Origin: Glaucostegus cemiculus
Lineage: Eukaryota
NCBI GenBank assembly: GCA_976551045.1
Contig: CDPCPM010000060.1
Coordinates: forward strand, 3,472,001-3,536,000
Direction: 5' to 3'
DNA length: 64,000 nucleotides
How positions within the stretch are numbered: the stretch's first letter is position 1; every line of letters begins with the position of its first letter. Under the pieces are notes generated by a model. That model was not told the DNA's origin. It searched no databases and saw only the letters and a program-made list of their open reading frames with translations. The translations under genes and the position numbers were made by a program. Positions 12,590 through 24,405 of this stretch are shown here, one piece after another.

Positions 12590-13700
12590 AAATCCAAAAC
12601 TTTTATATTCTATGCCTCAATCTATGAAGGCAAGCATGCCGTATGCCTTCTTCACCATCCTGTCGACCTTGTTGCCACTTCCAGGGATCTATGGATAATC
12701 TCCAAGGTCCCTCTGTTCATCAGCATTCCTTAGCATGCTGCATTTACTGTCTTGCCCCTTTTTGACTTCCCAAAATGCATCCTCACACTTGTCAGGATTA
12801 CATTCCATCTGCCAGTGCTCACCCAACCTTTCATCTGATCTATTTCCTTGCTATCTGCAACACCATCAATTTCCATGTCATCTGCAAGCTTACTGATCAT
12901 ATATCCTGCATTCACTTTCTTGTTGTTTGTGATGTGTTGTTATATATTACAAACTCAAGTATCCCAGCACTGATTCCTGTGGTGCACCACTGTTCACAGA
13001 TTACTAATCAGAAAATTGTCTTTCCACCACTACCCTCTGCTTCCTATCACCAAGTCAGTTTTGGATGCAAATTGCCAGCTTGCCTTGGATCCCATGTTCC
13101 TTAATCTTTTGGACCAGCTTACCATGCAGAACCTTGTCAAGTGCCTTACGAAAGTCCATGTGGACAATATCTACCACCCTGCCTTCATCAGCCTTCTTAG
13201 TTACATCCTCACAAAGCTCAAATCAGTGAAGCAGGATTTTCCTTGCTCCATACTACCAACATATCCCTTCCGGAACTCATTATCTTCCAAGCTTTTCTCA
13301 TTGATGAATACAGATGAGAAGTATTCATTTAGGACCTCACCCACATTGCCTGGCTCCACATATAGATTATCCCTATGGTCCCTACGGGGACCACTTCTTT
13401 CCCTGGTTACCCTCTTGCCCCTGATATACTGATAGAATGTCTCTAAGGAGTCTTATTTGCCAAGGATATTTCATGGCCCCTATTTGCCCTCCTAATTTCT
13501 TTCTTGTTATCTCCTCCACACTCTATACTTCTCAAGAAACACCTTTGTTCCTGTTTAAGGACCAACCTTGTCCTTTTCCATAACTACCTTGAAACTGACA
13601 GATTTATGTTCACTGTTCCCAAAGTTTTCTCCCACTGCCACCTCCACCACCTGCCCCGTTTCATTTCCTAAGATTTTTTCGAGCACTGTGCTGTCTCTAG
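12590..13700 (-). mobile_element. CR1 LINE remnant (endonuclease end plus RT, internally deleted)
   Basis: Minus-strand peptides ISKLADDMEIDG (FADD RT motif) and LGNETGQVVEVAVGENFGNSEHKSVSF (SDH endonuclease end), with stops and frameshifts. Confidence 0.85.
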
Positions 13701-15169
13701 TGTTGGCGTGTGTATGGGAGAAAGGTATAGGGAGAGTAAAAGGTGTCAAATTGATAAAGGTTCTGGAGCTCCACACAGAGAAACGTGACCTGAGCAGAAT
13801 TTGTAATGTGTTGCTGTGATTTGGCCTGCCATTTTGATAATGTATTTAAAGTAAACAGAATAGCACATATTTCACAAAATACTATAAATGTTCTGCTAGT
13901 GCCATATCACAGATATAAATACTTTAGTTCTTAAGGTTGTCAATGATGCGATAGTTGAGAATGGGCCTGGGAATTATGAGTAACTAGAGAAGCAAGGTAT
14001 CTTAGGAAAATAAAGGAAGGAATTATCTGAACATAGTCACTCCATATCCTCATTAGCATCTATTTTTGTAATAATACATCAGGATTAACAGCTATCTATT
14101 CATTGAATAGGACAGAAAGTTCACTTAAGTATGTTTGTTAAAAATTCTTGTTTGGTAAGAATTCTTCCCACTCTCTATGTGTATGTCCACCAAGATGACA
14201 ATGCATTGATTTTGTGACTTTTGTACTATTCACATGCAGTAGAATTGTCTGGAAGGATCTGTCTATGCTGGTATCGTAAAAGTGAAGTAAGAGAAACTAG
14301 CAATTTAATGTAAGTTAAAATATATTTTATCTGTATAATTAGCAGTTTGCTCTCCATGAAGGAAGTCTTCTTCGTCCTTGTATTTTGTTGGGTAAATTGA
14401 TCTAATGAATAGAATGGATTTAAAGGCATGTTTCAAGTTGGTTTAGTTTGGGAAAATGCCATGGACTGCCTCTTACAAATATTCCCTTCAGATATGGTCA
14501 CTGTGTGTTACCTGGAAGCAGTTGTGTAACAGTTTCACTTTAGATTCAATGGGTGTAAAGTGGACTTTGACTGAGAGTGAACAAAGGGGAAAATGGTACT
14601 AGCATTTGTTATCATCTCTCCATAGATGTAGCGGACAGCTAATCTAATAGCACCCAGTTTACACAATTCTCCAAGTTAAAGTTACCCCTCCAGGATGTTT
14701 ATGGGGTTAATGATAGGATTATGTCATTTGAACCGTTATTCATATCACTTAACTTAAAAATTTCAAGTTAAGTTACCTTATGACTAATCTTCACAGTGCT
14801 GAAATTCAACCACTTTAGGAATACATTCCTGATCAGAGTGATTAGGTTCTGAAGACAGGACTCTATTCTCTGGCCCAGGGTGATAGTTTTACCAAAAAAA
14901 ATTTCAGCACTGTCTATCTCAAAAATGATGTGCCATGTACACAAAGCAATGCCTTCACAGTGTTGTATCCTAGCCAAGTAATGGCTTGTTCGTTTCAAAC
15001 CAGCATGTTGCCATGTTTCAAACAGCAGAGAGTCGCAGACTGACACACAGCAAACTCAAACTGACATCATTAGGAGCTGATTGCTGGGGTTAGATCACTC
15101 AAAGACATTGTGCATGATTTCATCATCTGTCAGTTACGGGTTTTTCACACTTGTAAAATAAAAGCACCA

Positions 15170-15228
15170 TAATTAACCTTTACCGTTGTGTAATTAACCT
15201 TTACCAATGTGTAATTAACCTTTACCGT
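15170..15228. repeat. 21-bp tandem repeat, about 3 copies (TAATTAACCTTTACCRWTGTG)
   Basis: Units start at 15170, 15191 and 15212. Confidence 0.9.
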
Positions 15229-17248
15229 AGAGCACTGGCCAATTTCTTTTATTTACATTTGTTGCTGGTGATAGAAGATGAAATAGAATGGTGCCAGTGT
15301 GCAGGACAAGTGGGTGGAGGAGGTGATTGAGGGGACTGTGGGCTGTTCAATGTCCCCTGTGTATATATTGACATAGAATAGAATTTACTTTAAGCTTTAC
15401 TGTTACATCTTTCAGCACATGTTGATTTTGTATATATAAATTTCAAATCAGTTTCAAAGATTCGGGCATCTAACTACTACTTTGGTGTATGTATGATCAT
15501 TTTCACTTGGAAAAAAAATCCTAAAGCCAATGATTATTGCAGATTGATGCAACATGGAATGGCAGCCATCAATTCTTATGGGTGAGTTCTGATCCAAGGT
15601 TGTTTGTTGGATGGTGAGGAAATATTTGTGTTGCAGAAGAGATGACACTTGAGGCTGCAAAGTTTGGTTTCTTGCCTGCACTATAGTCAGGAGAATGACT
15701 GGTGACATTGGTCAAAAGCAGCCAAAACAATAACTGAAAGTGCAACTCTCAAAAGGGCAAACCAACCAAAAATATATCAGAGTAGATTGCGTGTGACATG
15801 TATAATACTACTGTCATTTTAAACAGTGTATAATTCAAGTTACCATGACCAATACCACAGGAGGTCCACTAGAATGTATTAAAAGCAATATGGTTATTTG
15901 TATCAGGTGTCACGCATTATTACATATACAAAACAATCAAAAGAAGAGGAAAATACACCAGCCACTGAATGCTGGGCACTTCTACTCCAGGTCTAAAACT
16001 AATAGGCACTTTACAGTTAACAAATGCCCTAACCAAACAATTAAACTCTAAATGATCTGAATGTGTGTTTACCTCATAACAATAAACCCTGGTTGCCTCA
16101 AAGAAAGAAAGGCTGTATTTTATCAGAATAATACATGCACAGCATAAGATGGTTCCCATTACGTAGTACCTCATCTGCCTTGCTCCAATCAATAACGTAG
16201 GAGATCCACTAGTAGTGCATTAAAATGGCAATGCAATATGGATACCTCACACTCCAGACGTCACCCTCCAGATGTCATAGGATATTACAGATGCAGAATT
16301 ATCTTGCAAAGCAAGATGCTTCTGAAGTGTGTTTCTCACATGTAGTCTGAAACTGAGAAGCACATTACAACCTGCAAAGTTTCTTGGACAAACCCAATTA
16401 AAATCTGAATAACTTAATTATTCTCTGTGGCCTTGAAAGGTCTGTCCTTTGCTTTAAGAGCGTGGCATGTTACGTGTTTAGAGTTTAACACTTCCTGCTT
16501 TCTTTATAGTTTATGTATTTCTACTGCTTTCTTTAATTTCTCTGAGAGGTTCTGATTGAATGATGGTGTAAAGTTTCTTTGGTACTGGTAACTTCTCAAT
16601 GAACCCAGAGGTAGTCTGTAAGCAGGTTCTTCGACTGTTTGGGTCTTATTGTAATGAAGTTCAATGTATGAATGTTGTGTCAACTTGTGTGCGCTCTTTT
16701 ATACTTTACAGAGGCTGGCAGTGGGAATCATGGCTAGTTAGTGCTGCCTTAACAGAGGAAAGCAAAGCCAATTTAGTACTCATAGAAATAACCTTATTGA
16801 GGTCAATTGACAGAGCACAGACCAGGAAATAGACCTCTTAGGATGGCTATTTACACTCTGGTGCTCCCTAGCACTGAAGTGCTAGGTGGTGGTGTTCATA
16901 GATATTTATTTATAATTAAAATAAGGAAAAGGGGACCACAATGTATTCAATAACTGCACATTAAGTATAGAAATGATGTGCCTGAAAATTGGATTTTGTC
17001 CCATTTTGCATATACTAAAGCCGAATTTGCCAAAAATCATGAAATTAGCCAAAATACATTGGAAACAGCACAAAGAATGGTTTACACCCAGACTGATATG
17101 TTAAAATATGACCATTGAAGTTCTCAATGGGATCAAGTTCAATTGGGCATGGCTTCTGACAATTTGCTGTGCATCAATCCTAGAAGGTCATCAGCCCTTA
17201 AAGGCACACCCTAATGGCAAACAGAACAACAATGCACGGTATCACTGT

Positions 17249-17252
<4 letters not shown>

Positions 17253-17282
<30 letters not shown>
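17253..17282. repeat. (GA)15 microsatellite
   Basis: Perfect GA run. Confidence 0.97.
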
Positions 17283-17285
<3 letters not shown>

Positions 17286-17326
17286 CAGGGGAGAAGGGAG
17301 AGGGCTCTTAGATTCACTGAGCAGGA

Positions 17327-17479
17327 TCTCACATCTGGAGGAGACATCTGGAGCCATCTCCTGCCAGGATCTTCCTATGTGACCCTCCTGGCATTTGACT
17401 CACCAATGACAATGCCAGGAGTGTCACATAGGAATATCCTGGTGGGAGATGGCTCCAGATGTCTCCTCCAGATGTGAGA
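17327..17479. repeat. Long inverted repeat: 69-bp arms, 15-nt spacer
   Basis: 17327-17395 versus the reverse complement of 17411-17479 shows 4 mismatches and no indels. Confidence 0.95.
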
Positions 17480-17859
17480 ATCTGTTCTCATTTGAGGTGT
17501 GTAAAAATAAATTTCATGTCCTCACAAGCTATGCCAGGGTGATCTGCACAACACTGACAACAGATATAATGAGCCATTTCAGTAAGTGGATCAGGGATTC
17601 ATTTATTGATCTGTTCTGATCTGTGCAGGTGTTAGTGCTAAGCAGATGTAAGGCTTATTCTGCATCATCTGGGCTCTTAGCTTGTTACTGGTGAACTGCA
17701 ATGGTGTTAAGAACTGGATTGTGGAGAGGTTCACATTGGATACAAAGCTGTGTTTGACAGTGTCCTTATTAATAATATCCCTTTGTAAGGGAGTGCATTA
17801 CTGCCAAGGCAGTCAATATATTTGTCCTTTGGGAGATGAGACATGTGACGTTCTACTGG

Positions 17860-19050
17860 GATTTCCCCAATAGCCTTCCTTGACCTTGTGTTCCTCCTGC
17901 TCCTGCTGGTCCTCAGCCTGCACCTCATCTCCCTCAGGCTCTGGACAGAAGGGAAAGTAAACCAGCACCAGCTGGTACAGCATACTTGGAAGAAAATGGC
18001 TGAAGCTGAATGTGTGAAATGCCATATCAGTAAGAAATTTACACAGTGGTACTGGTGAGAAATTTAAGTTGTCTTCACTACAGTCTGGGCCCACTTGATG
18101 ATCTTTGTCCAGCACTACTGGCAGTCTTTAGATTGCACTATACAGTAAACAATGATGATGTCTCCACACCAGATGTGTGTGCCCTACAGGGCACCCCAGA
18201 CTGATGCAGGAACCAGAATCTTATTTTCAGTAGACCTATGACACTTCCCACAATGGTCCTTGAACTTCTATGTCCTGTAGCAGCACTGCACAGCTGTGGG
18301 AGGACTATGAATTGTTGTTAGGAGCCAGGGAAGAAGAGGGTAGACCTCACTGCCCAGGTGAGGCCAACCTTCTGAATGGTGCCATCTGCAGAAAATGCCT
18401 GGCCCCTCAGTCTCCATGAAGATGAACACTAATGTGCTTCCCAGAATCATGTCGTGGTCTATCAGGAATATCCTTTGAGTGATCCTCAACCATTTTAACA
18501 TTGAGGGAGTGGAGGATTTCCTGTTGAGTAAAGGGTCCAGGTGTTAGTGAGAGCTACAATCCACTGGAGCAACTCAGGTTGAGCAGCTTATGTAGGAGGA
18601 AGGGAATTGTCAGCATTTGGGATTGAAACCCTGCATCCTTCCTGATGTTGGGTTTCAACCCGAAACATTGACAGTTCCTTTCTTCCCACAGATGCTGCTC
18701 AACCTGCTGAATTCCTCCAGCAGGTTGATTGTTGCTCCAGATTCCTGCATCTGCGGTCTTTTTTGTCACTATTACTGAGAGCTCTTATGGGCACACGAGT
18801 GCTGCCTGTACTCACAGTAAGCCAGAAGTTTTGGCAAATCCCAGTGCTTGACCTTGACCTCAACCTCCACTGAAAGACCAGTCCAAAGACTAGAGTATAG
18901 TCAAATGTCTTTCCGCAGACTGTGCATGCATTGTTTGTATGAGAGGTCGAGGTAGGATGTAATGTCGCTGGGAGTAGGCTCTTCACTGATGGGCTTGATC
19001 TTGCCCCAAAATCCCAGAGCTGCCCTGAGTGGCCAAATCTTGCCATCACA
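17860..19050 (-). mobile_element. Decayed PIF/Harbinger transposase (HARBI1-like DDE nuclease), split by an insertion
   Basis: Minus-strand fragments in the expected order: GFAKTSG..VQ..TRVPIRAL, NRKSS, LGSEVYPLLPWLLT, RTIVGSVIGLLKIRF..L..SG, CGDIIIVYC and an acidic tail EPEGDEVQAEDQQEQEE. Multiple stops and frameshifts. Confidence 0.8.
18556..18771. mobile_element. Palindromic Penelope-derived short element with TSD and hammerhead-like core
   Basis: Imperfect inverted arms at about 18562-18637 and 18644-18721. Flanking direct repeats ttagtgagagct (18544-18555) and ttactgagagct (18772-18783). Confidence 0.8.
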
Positions 19051-20104
19051 AAGCTCTAACAATGGACTGCTGCTGGCAGCGTCACCATTGAATGAATGTC
19101 TTGGCAGCTAAATGCTGTAAAAAGCATTTCCCATTAGTTTAAGCACACTCTGAACTGAGCAGCCTGCAGTCAGTTTGGATGCTACCCTGTCAACTGTCCT
19201 GACGTTAGCCATGTCCCTTAAAATAGGAAACATGTAACCAATCAGGCGATGCGTTCCCAGTTGTATGCTAAATGTTCAGTAACAGTCATATGTTGTACCC
19301 GGAAGCTCTTGTTTATGTCAGTAAGGGTAGAAATGTCCATTGCACAACTATTGATGTTACTGGGTATGCGCCTGAGACTGGAAAATTGTTAGACTTTCTA
19401 ATGTGAATTGTGCATGGTAGTACCTAGTCCAATTTCCCAATGGGCGCAATTTCACTCAAGCGTCATCTAACTTGGATTAAATTGCTTTAGTGAATGGTTT
19501 TTGCTTTAAAAAGGGTGTTTATTGATCCACTTCGATGCTACTGTCTATAATAAACCTCATCAGCTTTACTGAGCCAATTGCATTTCTGTATTCTTCAACT
19601 GTGTCCTTGCCAAGCCCAGCTCTAATTTGCCAGTTTTCTCTCTTTACTTTCTACCCATTGCAACCTTCATTTGTTTGATCCTTCATCCTGACCCTGTTTC
19701 TTCTCAATCCTGCCCAAAATCCTCACTTCAGCTGGAAATGCATCCCTGTCTCCAACACAACCTCTAGCCTGTCAATTCTCCTCTGCTAGTGTTGCCCACT
19801 GAACAAAATCTCCCAAGGCTGCTTCTTTTCAACCCCACCAGTCTAATCCTCATCATCTGTCCTGTGCTGGTCCTTTTCTTTCCCTCTTTCTCTGTGATAC
19901 ACCAAAGTTTTTCTCATTAAGACTCCCATCTGTTTTTGTTAATATGACTTATTACCCCACCTTGATTCTGCCTGGTCTCTCCCCTCTGCCACCATCTCTT
20001 TTTTGAGTGCTCTTAAATGTAGGTATATATGAATAAGGAAGGAAAATAAAGGGCAGAAATGAGTGGATTAAGCATGCAGCTTGGTTTAGAGGTTTCCCTT
20101 TTTA

Positions 20105-20520
20105 ACACACAGCGTAATGGTCACCTGGCAGCAAGTCATTAGCATTTCCCTCAGCCCCTCTTCCTCACAAAAAAATCCGCACCACATGCTAATTAGAGGT
20201 TTTGAAACTAAGCAACCTGTGTAAAATCAGACATTTTAATTTGCAGGTTTAATGGCTGTATTATGATAACTGGCTTTGAAATGTGCTTCTCGTGTTCCAT
20301 CAGTGTACACCAGATTAACAGAGGCTGACAAAATTAAAAACCTTACAATGTGACCTTTGCCTGGGATAAAAGGCTGTTTCATAACAATTTCCTTTTGTTC
20401 TTTGTTTGAGCTATTACTCCAAAAGGAGACTCCGTTTAATCTAAGTAAATGCATCATTACAGGCCTAATCCATGTCCTTCTGTCAATGTCTGCTTTAATT
20501 AAATGAGAAATGCCAGCAAA
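20105..20520. promoter_or_regulatory. Candidate conserved non-coding element/enhancer
   Basis: Unique sequence dense in TAAT/ATTA, SOX-like (ACAAT, CTTTGTT) and TGACCTTTG motifs. Conservation is inferred only. Confidence 0.35.
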
Positions 20521-23500
20521 AGGATCTCACACACATGGCTACGATTGGAGTGGGAAAGACTGGTTGATTGGACCTAGATGAAACTGAGATTTCATTTCAT
20601 TATTTTTTTCTTTGTGTCCACTTGTTTGGCTGTTAATTTATAGCATACAAAAGACTCTAACACTGCATAAAATATAGTTAAAAGAATGGCTATTTCACTT
20701 ATCTTTGTTGTTTGTTCCCCTGTGTATGGTTATTAAATAAACTTGGTTGTACATTGTTATGAGATAACAACACAATAATTTCAGATCATCATGAACTATA
20801 ATCACAGAAGACCATTATCTGTGAAAATATGAAATAAACTACACTCTTAAACATTGCTGCAATATTTGTAATCAAATATATTTGGTTCAGTAACAACAGA
20901 AAATAGTTGTCTTATTGAAAAATAATCCAATATGTTTTATGTATTTAATTTAAGGAGAATAGTCTGAATGCATTTAACAATGATAATACTCTGGAGATTG
21001 GAATCTTTAAAGTACTGTTTTTCGACCTTTCTTTATGGATGACCTTTGTAATAAGATTGCCACATTGACAATAACCCCTGTAAATATTAGTTCATTCCCA
21101 GAGAAACCTTGTAACCACCAACAAACTTCTGGGCACATCTGCTGACTCTGATGCACTCAAGTGATTTTTGAAAATAGTGCTTCCATTCCCATTAAAATTA
21201 AATATTTTTTCCAGAAAAACTTTAAAATCTTAACATACCCTCAGGGGCTCCTTCTGGACATTGAGAATTCACCAAAAATATTGCCCTTCTCTTAGACATC
21301 CCCTGAAAATATTATCACATTGTTGAAGACTCTGCTGAAATATTGACAGATTCTGAAGCAGAAAAGTCTACCCAGATCTGATTCCCTGAGCTTGCTTTCC
21401 ATCCACTCTTTTTCTTTCATGTTTAATTTTCTTCTTAATTAAATTATGCAACATATATAAAAAAAATGCCTGCCCCAAGAGGTAATGGAATAGTTTCTCT
21501 CCTTTTTATCTTCAACTCCTGGTGATTCTGCAAACAATGTGTAACTGAATAGATCCCCTTGAAGCGCTGAACCCAGGAATCCTGTCTTAATCCTTGAAAG
21601 TGCTATTGTGGTGTGTAGCAATATGGGTTAAAAGTGGCTCTGTGTTCCAGAACGAAGGCCAGAATGTTTCAATACTCTGGCCTCATTTAAATCCTGCTGT
21701 GTGATTTCATACCTGCATCAAGTAAAAATATAGTGTGAAGCAAGAGAAAAAATTTACACAGCTGAGAGGTTGCTAGTTGACAGCAAGTAAGAGACATAAA
21801 TGCTCCTGCATACCTCATGGAAGTCGCTTAGGCTTTTATGGGACACTCAAATCTCATACCATCTTTACAAAAAGTCATCAATGGAGTGGCCTTCTGCCCT
21901 ATTAGATGACCATAAAAATCCAGTAGAGCTGGGGTGTTCACACCAGTGAACTGGCCAGTATCTACATCTCAAATACCTCCATAATCTAGTTTATATAGCC
22001 ATTAACCCATCTTTGTATGTGAGACCTTATTTATCTGGTTAAGTGTTGTGTGTTCCATGTTACAACAGGAATCACAATTCAATGTTATTTTATTTGTGGT
22101 GACATGCTTTCCTTGTCGATAGGACACACTCCAGCTTTTAGCTGGCATAAGCTCTGCTGATGCCCAATGACAGTGTAAAGTTTATGGGCTAAATTTGAGA
22201 ACTTCTGATGCCAGCTGATGTAGGAGAAGCCAGCAGAAAATATATCCATGGCATCTCCCATCTCCTGCCAGAAATAACTGCAAGCTAAAAAAAAATTCCA
22301 GGATGGACTCACAGCAGAACTGGCTTTGAGCTTGCACGCTCTTCATCATTGTTCCTGGCTGGAATTTCAGGTTCCTAGTGCTATGCAATAGAAGTAGTGT
22401 TGCATGTAAGAAAATGCTTTAGAAAGAATTATGTGCATTAAGCATTGAAGCATCTCACCAGACAATAAAATGGGACAATCTCCCCTTGGTTAACCTGCAT
22501 GTCAAGTATTCCAATGTTTCACCTCCATCACTTTAAGAAAGTTGAAGCAACATGTTAAATAAGAGTTCTGTCAATAAAGCAGATCTCGTGGTTTTAATCT
22601 GTGCAACATCTTCAACTGGAAGGAAATGTTGACCCTTTGAGCATTTTTTTAAGTGTACATTCATGTTTGACAGGGAAAGAGCACTGATGAACTCAGTTTT
22701 CCAGAGCTATTTGTTTTTGTCTTTATCAAATATGCTCTGAGGGCAAATTAGGCATGTGTGTGGAATATACTTTATCACTGGTGAATATATTGATAACTGC
22801 ATGTTATTTTTATAGATTTGGTAATTCTGGATTTGAGTTTTCTGTACTGGAAATGTAATTACAAGGTTAATTAGCTAGGGGAGCAATGGGAATGGTGGAA
22901 CGGTGTCTGTGTCACCATGTGAGGGAAGGAAAAAAATTGGCCAACATTCCTACTTCTGATTGCTAACCGTTAACCTTTACTGGATAGGTATGCAGGTGCT
23001 GTTTTTGGGAGAAAATTGAGTTTTACTGTGGTGCTTTTCCACACTCGAATAGCTTCTGCTTATATACACTAGGCATTCATTATAAAGAGCGACTGTATGA
23101 GGCTACTGAGGCCAATGAAAATATATCACACCCTTGACACTTGGGAGTGGGAAGGGGCAGTGGCAGAAGGGGTGCTCTTTTAAAAATGAGTATTGGTCTT
23201 GTATGTACTTGAGTGGTACTCTAAATGCAAAACCTCATTTCTACTGCTTATTAATTGTAATTAAATATCATGGAGAATAGCAATTAATTTGAATACTCAC
23301 TTTTTATTAATATGGAAAAGTGCAAACCTTGTCATAGCTGTCATATTTACATATATGGTGTAAAAATATTTAAGACAGGATATCTGTTTTTCAGGTAGAT
23401 GCTGAATAAATCTCGGCAGCAAGATGTTTTATACTTCTCTCATTCCCCACAAGATATCTGACATTATTTGATGTAATAAAAAGGGAAAGTGTGTAACAGT

Positions 23501-24372
23501 CAGATTCTTAATTAATTTCACTTAACCAGATGAAGATAAATGAAGCATGTTGTGGCTCATGACAACGAGGTCCATTTAATACATTCTGCCTCTATCCTTT
23601 GTTCCCTTGTTTCCTCACTGTACCCCTTTTCTTCTGCCTCTATTTTAGCATCATAAACAGTAATTATTAGTTCTGGGGAATAGTTCTCTAGCAGAGATTG
23701 ATGACATCTGTACATTGCTTTCTTCTGTTTCACTTATATTCTGTTCTTTTTGATCAAGGCTTAATGGAAATTTAAACTCCCATAACTAAAAGGAAGGTAA
23801 TATAGCTCATGTATATAGTTGCATGAGGAGATCCAACAGATCACAAAGCATAAAAATCTGGGTCTCAGATGCTGCCTGTTCTCTGTTGCTCTGCTTCTCT
23901 ATATTAAAAAGAGTGTCATCAGTGGTGGGAATATGCAGCATATCCTATTGAAAGTACCACAATGCAAAAATGTCTTGCTACCCACTGCCCTTTTTTTCTC
24001 TGATTCCCTTTCCCTGGTTTTACTTTTATTCTTCTCTATTAGCTGTTTCTGAACAATTATAAAGCAGCAAACAAAGGCTTGTTTTAGCAGCTCCCAGGCA
24101 CTGCTGTTTAAATTACCTTTTCTGACAAAAAGTGACTGTCAAGAGATTCTGTAATAGCCCCTGTGGACAGTTCTGGATGGTGCGTGTATGGCAGTACAGA
24201 CTTATCATTATGGCACCCATTCTCCAGTCGTTTATTTTTTCAACTATTAAACAATAGGTTGTTGATTGTGTGGACAAGGCCAGAACAATTATGTTCTGTG
24301 TTTAATGGTAGACCAGCATTTTAATGCCCGCTTTTAATAATGGTCTCATTATTGTTTTTTTTCTCTCCTTAG

Positions 24373-24405
24373 ACTGGGCCTCGGGAGGAGGAATATTTTG
24401 TGGAG
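24373..24405 (+). other. 33-nt micro-exon (5'UTR or N-terminal coding; LGLGRRNILW if phase 2-2); host possibly SoxD/sox6
   Basis: Strong acceptor ttgtttttttctctccttAG at 24371-24372 and donor GAG|GTACGT at 24405/24406. Length is a multiple of 3 and it is open in all three frames. Confidence 0.7.
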
